Assembly: GCF_009914755.1 (NCBI RefSeq)
Contig: NC_060925.1
Reading direction: 5' to 3' (one strand)
Length of the DNA stretch: 64,000 bases
Source: the human T2T-CHM13v2.0 reference genome, Homo sapiens
The notes under the pieces are model-generated. The model ran no database searches and was not told where the DNA came from. It was given only the letters and a program-made list of their open reading frames with translations. This document shows positions 51,025 to 63,704 of this stretch, piece after piece (position 1 is the first letter of the stretch; the number at the start of each line of letters is the position of its first letter). Position numbers and translations under genes: made by a program.

Positions 51025-51450
51025 CAAAACACAGGATCTTAATGTCTCAGTTGTGGAGACCAGAAGCCCCCAGTCAAGGTATGGGCAGGGCTGCACTCCC
51101 TCCAGTGCCTCTGGGGGAACCCTCCCTTGCATCTTCCAGCTGCTGTGGCTTCAGGAATTCCTTCGTGGATGAAGTGACTGCATCCCTTCCGTCCCTGCTT
51201 CTGTGCCACATTTCCTTCCCCTCTTCTCTGTGTGCCTGTCTCCCTCTGTGCTTCTCAGCCCAGTCTCTTTGTTTCTTACAGAGCGTACATGGGACTGCCT
51301 TTAGAGAACCCAGGATAAGCTCCTTCTCCCAAGATCCTTGACTTGATCACACCTGCAAAGACCCTTTTTTCCAAATAAGGTCACATTCACAGGTTCTAGG
51401 GGTTATGATGTGGATGTATCTTTTTTGGGGCCAGCACTCAGCTCACTGTA
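50659..51450 (-). mobile_element. MLT1 LTR interrupted by an AluY
   Basis: tgtattagtttcccatggctgccataacaaatgaccaca...ccaaataaggtcacattcacaggttctagggg. Confidence 0.8.
50723..51030 (+). mobile_element. AluY-lineage element with 12-bp left-arm deletion (Yd/Yc3-type), (AAAAC)n tail, TSD ending CAGGATCTT
   Basis: gatcgagacc^acggtgaaacccc lacks ATCCTGGCTAAC; aatggcgtgaacc and agcttgcag are Y diagnostics. Confidence 0.9.
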
Positions 51451-52157
51451 CCTATAATGTAAAAAGAAAATTCTCCACATTGTTCAGAAAACACTGTAGC
51501 GCTCTGGGTTGTTTATCTCCCCAGAGGAGACTTTCTTTGGTTCCCAGCAGGTGGCTGCAACGGGGCCGGATCTCCATTGTCCAACTAAGAACTGAGCTGA
51601 TTCCACTGGGTTTGGCTCCTCTGAGGCCTGGCCTCTCTACAGGCTGCTCTTGCTCCTGGGTGGAGTTGGAGTCATCGGGGCAGAAAGCCTGTGGTGTTTA
51701 GCAGGGCACTGCTTGCTTGGCAGGCTCTGAACACAGTGCCGTGAGCTTGGGGGTGATGCTACCAGGATGCTCTCTGCTGCTGTTGGCTTGGATTGTCAGC
51801 CCACAGGCCCTTGTCACGCCAACCACGGAATCCGTTCTCAGACTTTCTTCCCTGCACTTCCCTTTTCTCCAGGATGTCGGCTGGTCTCGTGTCCCGGCTG
51901 CTTTGCTGCTGCTGTGGTTTTGTGTGTCCATCCTAGAGTTTTCAGTTGTGTTTGCAGGAGGATTGGTCGTATATAATCTACTCTAATATAGTGGAAGGTA
52001 AAGGGCATCATCATGTATAATACAATTAAAATTTTTTAAATACTGAATTGAAACACGCTTATTTCTTTACAAAATTGAACTGTGGTGCAAATGGACCAAC
52101 CACTGAGAGTTGATCTTTTCCCTGTGCAACTGATTTAACTGTTTAAGAAATAAGTTA

Positions 52158-52472
<315 letters not shown>

Positions 52473-52609
52473 TTAACAAATCAAGGCCATATTTTAAAAG
52501 TTCATGTCGATTCTGCAACAGAGCATGGAGAAACCCCTTGAGAACCTCCTAAAACCAAAGAGGGGCTTAGGAGTTCTTTGCCCCCTATCTCCCGAGCCCG
52601 ATGGCTCAC

Positions 52610-52830
52610 ACTGTGGGAATGACACGGGGTCCTGGGGGCCTCAGTTCAAATCGCGGCTCCACCTCGGACTAACCGGATGGCTTAGCTGACTTCCATCTCA
52701 GTTTTCTCAACTCTGCAATGGGAAAGGCGATAATCCCCACCTTTGGGCTGTTGTGGGAAAGAAATCTCTACAAGGCGCTTTGCAGTGCAGGATCTCAACC
52801 CATGGTGAGCCTCAGTGAATGTCCGTGAGT
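52610..52830 (+). mobile_element. MIR
   Basis: gttcaaatc...ctcagttttctcaactctgcaatggg...gggctgttgtg...ctcagtgaatgt. Confidence 0.65.
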
Positions 52831-53180
52831 GGTTTCTCCATAATTCTAGGTCCTTTTTGTGTCTGAATACCCAAAGCTACCATGCAGGACACCAGATGCA
52901 CCCACCGTCTCTGAGGACTATGGCATGAAAGGGAATGTGCAATTTAATGGCAATAAAGTGACAAGACAGAGACCACGTGGGGGCCCGGCTCATCCCCCCA
53001 GCCAGGTGCACCAGTCTTGGACACAAACCAGTAATGTGTGCCCTGCTCCCGCCTCCCCCAAGGCCAGCAGCCCTGCTTGGCCTCCCCCTCCCAGGGGGAC
53101 TGGTGGGGGCTTGAGCCATCTTGGCAGAATTCACTTTTCTTTCTGTGCACCCAGTGGCCCTTTTCAAACTGGAGAAACCC

Positions 53181-53294
53181 TAGTGTGACCAACTCATCCC
53201 AGTCTGCTCAGGACTGTCCTGGTTTTACAACGGAAGGTCCTGGATCCTGGAAACTCCCTTGGTGCTGGGTAGAGTGTGTCAGCTGGTCACCCCG
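53181..53294. mobile_element. MER81-like hAT-Blackjack MITE
   Basis: tagtgtgaccaactcatccc...ctggtcacccc terminal inverted repeats. Confidence 0.65.
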
Positions 53295-53889
53295 TGCTGT
53301 TCTCTTTAAGCTCAGCACACGGGGTGTGGCTGGAGGGCCACATTGTCTGCTTGTCTGCTTGTCTCTGGGCACGTTCCGCACGGGTCCGCTCCTGTCCCCG
53401 GCACTGCAGAGGGAAGGAGGGCCTGTGCCTGGCCAGTGCCTTCCTGTCCTTCGGGCGTTGGCCTCATGCTGCCACCGCGGAGCTGCTTTTCGTCCCCCCA
53501 CGCCTTTGAGGAAGCTCTTCCCGGTGATTCTCCTGCCACATTCGGCCCATTTCCTTCTAGACAAGTGCAAGGGCACGGCTTTGCCTGTTCACTTCCTTAT
53601 CTCCCGTCTTCTTCTGTGGCTGCGGGCTCCATGGTCTGTTTCTTCACCCCTATAGCCAGTAAAGGGCTTGGGGCAGCCTCTGAGGCGGCCAGGCAATGTC
53701 CCAGGGGTGGGGAAACGAACCCCTCTGCCTGGGGCAGCCCAGGGTGAGGCTTGGCATTCTCATCAGGAGACAGGAGCAGTGAGTCCTTGTCTGCCACACG
53801 GGGATGAGGCCGAGGTCTGCCAGGTGCTGCCACGGGGCCAGGATGCCATCCTGCTGCCACCTCTGCCTCGAGCCTCAGGCTGCAGGGGG

Positions 53890-54048
53890 ATCTCCACCCA
53901 CGCAGCCATCTCCACCCACGCAGCCGCCTCCACCCACGCAACAATCTCCACCCACGCAGCCGCCTTCATCCGCGCAGCCGCCTCCACTCACACAACCATC
54001 TCTACCCACACAACCATCACCCACGCAGCTGCCTCCACCCACACAGCC
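53890..54048. repeat. 18-bp minisatellite CTCCACCCACGCAGCC(AT/GC), ~9 copies
   Basis: Directly visible. Confidence 0.9.
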
Positions 54049-54551
54049 AGCCCTCCCCTCTCTGCAGAGCTGAGCTGCTCCAGCAGGGATGAGGACCCAG
54101 GTAGGGATGGGTGACTTGCTGTCCTCACCCTGTGCAGTCACCTGAGAAAGGCCCATTCAGAGGCTTTGCTTGAACACTGCCCAGGAGGTACCCAGAGAGG
54201 GGGTCTCCCTGGGGCCAGTGACCAGGGATGGGGAGAGGACCTGGGAGGGGCAGCTCTGGGTTCTTGGCTTCTCTGAGGACAAGGTCCCCGTCACAGGCAT
54301 AGGCTGCTGAGAGCTGATTATGTGAGCTGCCAGTGTGGAGGCCAGCACCCAGAGGGTTAGGTCCCCTCACTTTGGGTAGGGACAGAAGCCAAGGGTTTCA
54401 CGTTGTTTAATTAAAAATTTTAGATAACTTTCTTGAGGCATGCTTTACATATCATCAAATGCACCCATCGGGATGCATTTTAGTAGAATGGCTGTTATTT
54501 AAAAAAAAGCAAACCAGGAAAACATGAGTGTGGATGAGGATGTGGAGAAAC

Positions 54552-56391
54552 TGGAGCCCTGTGCCCTGGGTGGGAGTGAGGAGTTGAGCCCCGTGCCTTG
54601 GGTGGGAGTGTGGAATTGAACCCTGTGCCTGGGCGGGAGTGTGGAATTGAGCTCTGTGCCCTGGGTGGGAGTGTGGAACTGAGCCCTGTGCCCTGGGTGG
54701 GAGTGTGAAATGGAACCCTGTGTCCTGGGCGGGAGTGTGGAATTGAGCCCTGTGTCCTGGGTGGGAGTGTGGAATGGAACCCTGTGTCCTGGGCGGGAGT
54801 GTGGAATTGAGCCGTGTCCTGGGCGGGAGTGTGGAATTGAGCCCTGTGTCCTGGGTGGGAGTGTGGAATTGAACCCTGTGCCCTGGGTGGGAGTGTGGAA
54901 TGGAACCCTGTGCCCTGGGCGGGAGTGTGGAATGGAACCCTGTGCCCTGGGCGGGAGTGTGGAATTGAGCCCCGTGCCCTGGGCGGGAGTGTGGAATGGA
55001 ACCCTGTGCCTGGGCGGGAGTGTGGAATGGAACCCTGTGCCCTGGGTGGGAGTGTGGAATGGAACCCTGTGCCATGGGTGGGAGTGTGGAATGGAGCCCT
55101 GTGTCCTGGGTGGGAGTGTGGAATGGAACCCTGTGCCTGGGTGGGAGTGTGGAATGGAGCCCTGTGTCCTGGGTGGGAGTGTGGAATTGAACTCTGTGCC
55201 TGGGCGGGAGTGTGGAATGGAACCCTGTGTCCTGGGCGGGAGTGTGGAATGGAGCCCTGTGCCTGGGTGGGAGTGTGGAATGAAGCCCTGTGTCCTGGGT
55301 GGGAGTGTGGAATGGAACCCTGTGTCCTGGGTGGGAGTGTGGAATGGAGCCCTGTGCCCTGGGCAGGAGTGTGGAATTGAGCCCCGTGCCCTGGGTGGGA
55401 GTGTGGAATTGAGCCCTGTGCCCTGGGTGGGAGTGTGGAATGGAACCCTGTGCCTGGGTGGGAGTGTGGAATGGAACCCTGTGCCTGGGCGGGAGTGTGG
55501 AATGGAGCCCTGTGTCCTGGGTGGGAGTGTGGAATGGAACCCTGTGCCTGGGTGGGAGTGTGGAATGGAACCCTGTGCCTGGGTGGGAGTGTGGAATGGA
55601 ACCCTGTGCCTGGGTGGGAGTGTGGAATGGAGCCCTGTGTCCTGGGTGGGAGTGTGGAATTGAACCCTGTGCCTGGGCGGGAGTGTGGAATGGAACCCTG
55701 TGCCCTGGGTGGGAGTGTGGAATGGAACCCTGTGCCTGGGTGGGAGTGTGGAATGGAACCCTGTGCCTGGGTGGGAGTGTGGAATGGAGCCCTGTGTCCT
55801 GGGTGGGAGTGTGGTATTGAACCCTGTGCCTGGGCGGGAGTGTGGAATGGAACCCTGTGCCCTGGGCGGGAGTGTGGAATTGAGCCCTGTGCCCTGGGTG
55901 CGAGTGTGGAATTGAACCCTGTGCCTGGGTGGGAGTGTGGAATGGAACCCTGTGCCCTGGGCGGGAGTGTGGAATGGAACCCTGTGCCTGGGTGGGAGTG
56001 TGGAATGGAACCCTGTGCCTGGGTGGGAGTGTGGAATGGAGCCCTGTGTCCTGGGTGGGAGTGTGGTATTGAACCCTGTGCCTGGGCGGGAGTGTGGAAT
56101 GGAACCCTGTGCCCTGGGCGGGAGTGTGGAATTGAGCCCTGTGCCCCGGGTGCGAGTGTGGAATTGAACCCTGTGCCTGGGTGGGAGTGTGGAATGGAAC
56201 CCTGTGCCCTGGGCGGGAGTGTGGAATTGAGCCCTATGCCCTGGGTGCGAGTGTGGAATTGAGCCCTGTGCCCCGGGTGGGAGTGTGGAATGGAACCCTG
56301 TGCCCTGGGCAGGAGTGTGGAATTGAGCCCTGTGCCCTGGGTGGGAGTGTGGAATGGAACCCTGTGCCCTGGGCGGAAGTGTGGAATTGAG
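54552..56391. repeat. 31/32-bp VNTR GGAACCCTGTG(C/T)CCTGGG(T/C)GGGAGTGTGGAAT, ~58 copies
   Basis: Directly visible; copy number estimated from length divided by period. Confidence 0.98.
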
Positions 56392-56637
56392 CGGCTGCTG
56401 GGGAAACAACGTGGCATTTCCCAGAGAATTAAACAGAATCTCCACATGACCCAGCCATTCCACTCCCAGGAACATCCCCAAAGAACTGAAGCAGAGACTT
56501 CACAGACCCACACCCCAGTGCACACATAGCAGCATAATCCCCAGTAGCCGAAAGGTGAGAGCAAACCAAATGTCCGTCAAAAGGTGAGGGCAAACCGAAT
56601 GTCCGTCAGCAGACAAATGGATCGATAGCGCCTGGTG

Positions 56638-57732
56638 CAGTCACCCCCTTATCTGTGGCTTCGCGCCACAGTTTCAGTCACGCCCGCTCAATTGAGGCCC
56701 AAAAATATCAAATGGAAACTTTCAGAAATAAACAACTCACGAGCTTTAAATTATGCACCATTCTGTGCAGTGTGATGAAATCTCCCGCCATCCCTCTGTC
56801 CCGCCCTGCAGGTGAATCTGTGCTGTCTACACTGCTGCCCGTGAGCCACTTAGTAGCCACCTTGGTGATCCGATCGACGGCCATGGTATCACAGTGCTTG
56901 CTTTCAAATCACCCTTATTTGACTTAAATGGCCCCAAAGCACAAGTCTCGATGCCGACAACTCAGTTATGCGAAAGAGAGGCCGTGAAGTGCTTCCTTGA
57001 AGTGCAAAGGTGAACGTTCTCGATTTAATAAGGATAGAACAGAAACTGTACGCTGAGCTTGCTGAGATCTGCAGTAAGAACAAGTCTTTTCTCAAACTCT
57101 CAAGAAGGAGACAGAAATTTCTGCTAGTTTTGTTGTTGCATCTCAAACAGCAGCAGTTGTGGCCGCAGAGCATGGCAAGTGCTTAGAGAAGACGGAAAAG
57201 CGTTCCATGTGTGCGTGGAGGACAGGAGCGGAAGCGTGTTCTGGGATGGCATCATGTGGCCCTGGAAAGCACGGAGCCTGTAGGGAGGCCTCAGCAAGGC
57301 ACCCCTGAGAGAGTGACGCCCAGCCGTTGACTCCCAGTTGAGGACAGTTATGCAGATTCCAGGCTGCATAAGCTCCATGGTGGCCTAGCTGCGTCCCAGT
57401 GCCTGCGTCCTGCGCCTCACTGCAACTCAGCACATCAGCGCGGGAAGCAGGAGGGGGAGCACCTCGCAGAGCGGCAGGATATTCAGGAGAGAGAAAGAGA
57501 GAGGCAGGGGAGGGAGGAGAGACCACAATCACGTAACTTTCTATTACAGTAAATGGTTATAGTTGTCTTTATTGTTAGTTAGTGTTAACCTCTTCCTGTG
57601 CCTGACCTGTGAATTAAACTTAATCATCGGTGTGTATGAGAAAAAACAGTATAGAGACGATGTGGTACTGCCTATGGTGTCGAGCACCCACTGGGGGTCT
57701 TGGCACCTATCCTCCAGGATTGGGGGCTGCTG
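56638..57732 (+). mobile_element. Tigger7/MER44-type internally deleted DNA transposon
   Basis: Termini cagtcacccccttatc...ggattgggggctgctg; transposase start relic atggccccaaagcacaag...gttctcgatttaataagg. Confidence 0.8.
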
Positions 57733-58602
57733 TGTATCCAAACACGGGAATGTTATTCAGTGTAAAAGGGAATAAAATGCTGACATAGGCTATGACATGG
57801 ATGCACCTCGAGGACATTCTGCTCAGTGAAGTCAGCCGGTCACGAAAGGACAAATTCCGTGGAATTCCACTTACAGGAGGTCCCTAGAGCTGTCAAATCC
57901 AAAGAGATGGGAAGGGAAGGGTGGGTGCCTGGGGCTGGGGGAGGGGGAGCAGGGAGTGAGTGTTTAATGGGTGCAGAGGTTCAGGTTGGGAAGAAGAAGC
58001 GTTCTGGGGTAGATGGTGGTGACGGCTGCACACCAAGCTGAATGCGCCCAGTGCTGCGGACGTCTAACTGAAAAATCATGAAGATGGTTAAGTTTTACGC
58101 TATGTGTATATTTCACCACAATTAGAAAAGGCACCCAGGTAAAGTTGGATAAATGTTGACAAATGTGTACATCCATGTAACTGCCACTCCATCAAGTTAG
58201 AGCGCATTGCCATGTCCCCAGAAAGTTTTCTCCCACACTTGCCACACAATCCCCCTTACCCTCCACCCCAGGCAACCCAAGATCGGATTCCGGTCACTGT
58301 GGATTAGTTTAGATTCTTCTAGAGTTTTACCAAAGTGGAGTACAAGCATGCCCGCTTTTTGGTCTGGCTTCTTTCTCTCAGCATAATTATTTTGTGATGT
58401 AATCATCCTGCTGCATGGATCAATAGTTCTGCTTTTTTACTGCTGGGGAAATGGTCTTTGTATGTATCCATCCACTGCAAGGACCCAGACAGGCTATCCA
58501 TGACATGTATCCACAGGTTGTTTCCATTGCAGGCACCCACAAGTCCCATGCACTCTATGGGGAGCTACACATGGTGTCCATTGCAGGTACCCATACGTTT
58601 TC

Positions 58603-59415
58603 TCCACTGTATACACCTCCACATCGTGTCCATGGCGGACACCCACACATCTCATCCACTGTATACACCTCCACATCGTGTCCATGGCGGACACCCACAC
58701 ATCTCATCCACTGTATACACCTCCACATCGTGTCCATGGCGGACACCCACACATCTTATCCACTGTATACACCTCCACATCGTGTCCATGGCGGACACCC
58801 ACACATCTTATCCACTGTATACACCTCCACATCGTGTCCATGGCGGACACCCACACATCTTATCCACTGTATACACCTCCACATCGTGTCCATGGCGGAC
58901 ACCCACACACCTTATCCACTGTATACACCTCCACATCGTATCCATGGCGGACACCCACACATCTTATCCACTGTATACACCTCCACATCGTGTCCAAGGC
59001 GGACACCCACACATCTTATCCACTGGATACACCTCCACATCGTATCCATGGTGGACACCCACACATCTTATCCACTGGATACACCTCCACATCGTGTCCA
59101 TGGTGGACACCCACACATCTTATCCACTGTATACACCTCCACATCGTGTCCATGGCTGACACCCACACATCTTATCCACTGTATACACCTCCACATCGTG
59201 TCCATGGCGGACACCCACACATCTTATCCACTGGATACACCTCCACATCGTATCCATGGCGGACACCCACACATCTTATCCACTGGATACACCTCCACAT
59301 CGTGTCCATGGCGGACACCCACACATCTTATCCACTGGATACACCTCCACATCGTGTCCGTGGCGGACACCCACACATCTTATCCACTGTAGACACCTCC
59401 ACATTGTGTCCGTTG
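58603..59415. repeat. 52-bp VNTR TCCACTGTATACACCTCCACATCGTGTCCATGGCGGACACCCACACATCTTA, ~15.5 copies plus degenerate upstream units
   Basis: Directly visible; diverged units at ~58500-58600. Confidence 0.98.
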
Positions 59416-59787
59416 CATGTATCTATTGTATGGTGAACCACAGGCCATTTATTTATTAGCCTTTTGGTGTAGTTTTGCGTGATTTCCAGTGTGGGGCTAC
59501 AATGAATACCATCGCTTTGAACATTCACCTACAGGTTGTTGGGTGGACACATGCTTTCATTTCTTGGGTAAATACCCAGGAGTGGAATGGTTGGGTCCTA
59601 TGGTATAAGTGTAGGTTTAACCTCAAGGGAACTGCGAAATGATTTTCTGAAATGGCTGTGCCGTGGGACACTGAGTTCCAGTTGTTCCACAACCTTGCAG
59701 CACTTGGCATTGTCAATTGTTTTCATTTTAGCCATCCTGAAGGTTTCACGTTCATGTTCCTTTTCTTCTGCTTTAAAATTTTGTTTA

Positions 59788-60056
59788 GGTTCAGGCATGA
59801 TGGCTCACGCCTGTAATCCCAGCACTTTGGGAGGCTGAGGTGGAAGGATTGCTTGAGCCCAGGAGTTTGAGACCAGCCTGGCAATGCAATGAGACCCCAT
59901 CTCTACAAAAATTAGCTGAGTGTGGTGGTGCACACTTGTCTCAGCTACTCAGGTAGCTGTGGTGGGAGGATTGCTTGAGCCTGGGAGTTCAAGGCTGCAG
60001 TGAGCCAAAATCAAACCACCGCACTCCAGACTGGGTGACAGAGCAAGTAAAAAAAA
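59788..60056 (+). mobile_element. AluJ
   Basis: ggattgcttgagcccaggagtttgagacc and ttcaaggctgcagtgagcc. Confidence 0.92.
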
Positions 60057-61589
60057 TTTTTTTAAACTTCTCAGCTGGCAAATAAAAATCATGTATCATT
60101 ATTGTGTGCAACACGTATACACTGTAGAGCAGCTGTGATTTTCTTTTCTTTTCTGCCTTTGACCACGATCTCTGTGGCCTCCTGCTCATCTTCACTTGGC
60201 CTCCCCTGCCTGCCCCGCCCAGCCAGGAAGGAGTCTGAGTTGAGGCGGTGGCTGGTGTTTGCTGTGTCCAGCTCCGTGCCATGAGCCTGGGTGCTGCAGA
60301 CATAGCCTGTGTAGGGCATCTGGTCCTGTGTCAGAGGCTCACTCCCGTCCGGAGCTGAGACTCACATGCATGAGGCTGACTCCTGGGACCTGAGACCAGC
60401 ACCGCCTCCTGCCAGGGGCCCCCAGACACTGCCTAGGGGAGGCAGGCATGCAGCAGAGACTAGAAAGCTGGAAGATGGTAGATGGTCTGGCAGGTGACGG
60501 GGAGGGGAGAGCCTTCAGAGGGGTGCAAGGTGCACGTCCTGCCCCAGGCCCAGGCTGGCCAGGGCCACGGGATGTTCCCTTATCTCGTCCTCACCTGGCC
60601 CAGGTGGGAGTTACAGCTCCGTGATACAGAAGATAAAGCCAGGCTTGGAGCTGTGTTGATGTAAGCCCCATGGGCCTCCATGAAGGAGATGCTATAGGAG
60701 GGGAAAGAACGGTGAAGCCAGCTTAAGGGTCCAGGGCCCAGCTGGGCAGCCCAGCGGGTGCCAGGGGACGCGGAGTGAGGAGGAGGGGCAGCGTCCTAAT
60801 GCGCCGTCACCTCAGCCTGGGTGTCCTCCTAGTCACAGGGGCAGCCCTGCCCACGGTTTCACAGCTTGGCCTGGAAGCCAGAGCTCTGTGCCCTGCTCTG
60901 GTGGACGGAGGTGTGAGGGGCATCTAGGGGAGCATGGGGGCGTCCCACTCCACGCAGTCTCGGTTGGGTGGAGTTTCTTGTGAGTAGTTCTTTCTGCTCT
61001 GTGGGCTCTTCTGAAAAAAGCGGGGGTGCCGGCCAGCGTGCACAGGTAGGATGGAGGTGGATGGGGATTTATGCACCTCTAGCTCTAAGTCTCCAACTCA
61101 GTCTGCAAGCCACAGGTCAGGGTCAAGAAATGGCGGAGCCTTGCTCCAGGCCCTGCAAGGTGATGGGCAGACGGCAGACACCAGTCTAAACACTCAGGGG
61201 CTCCCGACGGCTCCCCAGGCACTCCCTTGCCTCTGGGAGCACCCACGGTGTGCAGGGCACTGGGTGCTCTCGGGAACCAAGGCCCAGGTATGCATGAGGT
61301 CGGGACCCCAGGGACTGAGGCAGCTCCCGGTTCACAGAGGACACCAGGCTTCCAGCCACATGCCTAGTGAGCAGCCCCGGTGGACACGGGGACAGTGAGG
61401 GCCTCCTGTCCTTACTGTGGCCAAGTTTCACCACCTTTGAAATTGCTCGGAGTCTGGCATCTGGGGTGGGGAGCTGGTCAGTGCGGGGGGACTGGGGGGC
61501 TTGTCTCTGCGTGCCCTGGCTCCCCCTCCCGGAGGGCCCTGTCAGAGGCCCACCGCGTTGTTTCTCTTCTGTCACCCCAGAGGTGGGGA

Positions 61590-62560
61590 ATTGTCTTTAA
61601 GCAACTGCTTTCATTCAGTGATAATTATCGCAGTTTCTCTTTTTAAAAAGTTTAATCAGAGACATCCCCGGATGCCATCTGAGGTCTGATCAACCTCGGT
61701 CACCAGCGTGCCCACATTGGCGGCAGCGGGATTCCAGCCCGGAGCACGGAAACTTGACGTTCTCGACAGCCTGGAAATGTAGGATTTCCGTTCGGCTTGT
61801 TGTAACACTGAGCCCAGCTCCAGGGACCCTGTCTCCCTCTTCGCAGGCTCCCATGGGGGGCTGGGGGAGCCAGGCGGGCTCGGCAGCGGGTGCTGCGCTC
61901 TGTGGGGCTGCCCCGCTCCCCAACTGTTCTTCTCTGCCCCTCCAGGAAGCTTCCAGAATCCTCCTCAACTCTCTGCCCTGCAGGTTGCAAGCAGGGGAGC
62001 CCGGCCCCGGGCCAGCCCTCCTCCGCCTCCCCCTCCACTCAGGGAGCGCACGGGTTCTGCGCTATCTTGCCCTCTGTCGCCTTGTGCGAAATGTAATCCA
62101 CAAAATGCCTTCGTGGTAACCTTATCCCTGGGCAGCCCGCGATAGCATCTCGCGGCCCCGTGACAGGCAGGAACTCGCAAGCATGGAGTTAATAATGCAG
62201 ACTTTCAAAAACCGAGGCTGGCAGAGGGAGGCGAGGGCGGGAATGAAAGGGCCGGTGTGGCTGTAATTGGGACCATGTGAACTTCCTCGGAGGAGGATTA
62301 GGAGGAGAGACAGGCCTTGCCCGCGAAGATTAGTTTCAATTAGACGGGCTGGAGGCGAAAGGCCGGCTCGGCGAAAGATTAAAACAAGAAGGAGAACGTT
62401 TCCGCGGCGCAGGCTCCGGGCCTGCAGCAGGGGCCGGCAGGACCCACTAATGGAAGGCAGAGCGTGCCCGCGTTCGCAAGACTCGGCTAATTGATTCGAC
62501 GCTGGCTTTGCTTCGTCTTCCCCTGCTCACCCGCGCCCCGTGCACTTTTCAGATACTCAT
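61590..62560. promoter_or_regulatory. CpG-rich orphan island with homeodomain-site cluster (putative enhancer)
   Basis: Many CpGs in non-repeat DNA with GATAATTATC, TTAATAAT, TAATTGG, CAATTAG, GATTAA, TAATGG, CTAATTGATT. Confidence 0.5.
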
Positions 62561-63704
62561 TTGTGCTTGAAACCACTTTGGAGGGGGGCCCTGCCCCGGC
62601 TGTGCCTGCAGGTCAGGGGAGAGCTGGGCAGGGTGGGGGCAGCCCCGCCAGACACTGGCCCGGCCACTTGGGTTCCCATTCTTGGCCACAGGCCATGGTG
62701 GGACCGACTGCAGTGCTGAGATTTCTGCAGCCTTGGCCGGTCGTGCGCAGCCGTGACCTCGGGAGGCTTTGCTGGGATCTTCAAAGGGGCTTTCAAATTG
62801 CAGGTCTGGGTGTGCCCCCACTCCCTCCTGGGGCCAAGCCTATGTCTTTCCTCCCTCCTTCCTTCCTTCCTGGACTCTGGCCTCTGTAACTTTGAGAATA
62901 GTTTTCTTAAGCAAAAACTGTGAAGACAAATGCCTGCAAGTTGGATGTTTCCATGAGCGGGCAGTCGCTTCTGAATTTCTGGGTCGGGCCGGTGGCTGGC
63001 ACCCCTTGGAGGTCAGAAGTAGCTTAAACACCAGGGCTAAGGGCTGGGGATGGGGACTGGCTGGGCCACAGTCCTCAGTCAGAGGCCTCACGCAGAGGCC
63101 AGTCCCTCCCTCCCTCCGCCTCCCCTTCTCTCCTTCTTTTCTTCCTTCGACCGAGACCGGGCTAGGGGTCGGGGGCCCCTCCGTCTCAGAACCTCCCTTC
63201 TTCTCTTTCCATTTCCGTGGGAGGTCAGGGAGTGAGATCCCTAGCCCACTCCAGGGGAGGCAGGGGCACAGAGAGGTGCGTGGAGCCTGACACGCCAGCC
63301 TGACCTCCTGCTTAGCTCCCCAGCTGCGGCCGATGCTGCAGGAGCTGCCGGATCCTTGGGCCTGGAATTCCTCATCTGTGACGTGGAGGTGGAGCCTGGA
63401 GCTGCCCAGTGGATGCTGTTGCTCCTGTACCTGAGACAGGTGGGAGGGCTGGTCCCCGCTCATGGGCCACTGTCTTGTCCTGCACCCAGGCCCAAGCTCA
63501 GAGCCCCGGGGAGGTCTGTGTGCTGCAGTGGACTCCATGCATGAGGTCGGGGGGCAGCACTGTGTCCTGGTCTGGGAGCCAGAGGCCAGTGCCCGGGTGT
63601 GGCTGAGCACCTGTGCCTGCGTCTCACAGGCAGAACCAGCTGCCTCCCGGCCTCCTCCGCTGCTTCCCTCCAGGCCCTCCAAGCACGAGGTTGTGTGTGT
63701 GTGT

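Larger units (their letters stand above)
54468..58126 (+). mobile_element. L1MB-type 3' fragment inserted with TSD AAA(T/G)GCACCCA; carries a VNTR and a Tigger
   Basis: agaatggctgttatttaaaaaaa...gaggatgtggagaaactggagccc; gacccagccattccactcc; ends tttcaccacaatta; TSD ~54457-54467 and ~58127-58137. Confidence 0.8.
54405..59745 (-). mobile_element. Old antisense L1 3' end that hosts the nested insertions
   Basis: ataactttcttgagg...aaatgcaccca (to 54467) continues at ~58138 (tgacaaatgtgtacatccatgtaac) and at ~59420 (ttgggtaaatacccaggagtggaa). Confidence 0.65.

Noticed and set aside
54495-56564. 689-aa and 660-aa ORFs and overlapping plus-strand ORFs
   Set aside because: Stop-free translations of the 31/32-bp VNTR, with L1-derived flanks and no gene structure
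56928-57250. Tigger transposase as a functional gene
   Set aside because: Only a short N-terminal relic with stops and an internal deletion
58451-59436. 233-313 aa ORFs
   Set aside because: Translations of the 52-bp VNTR
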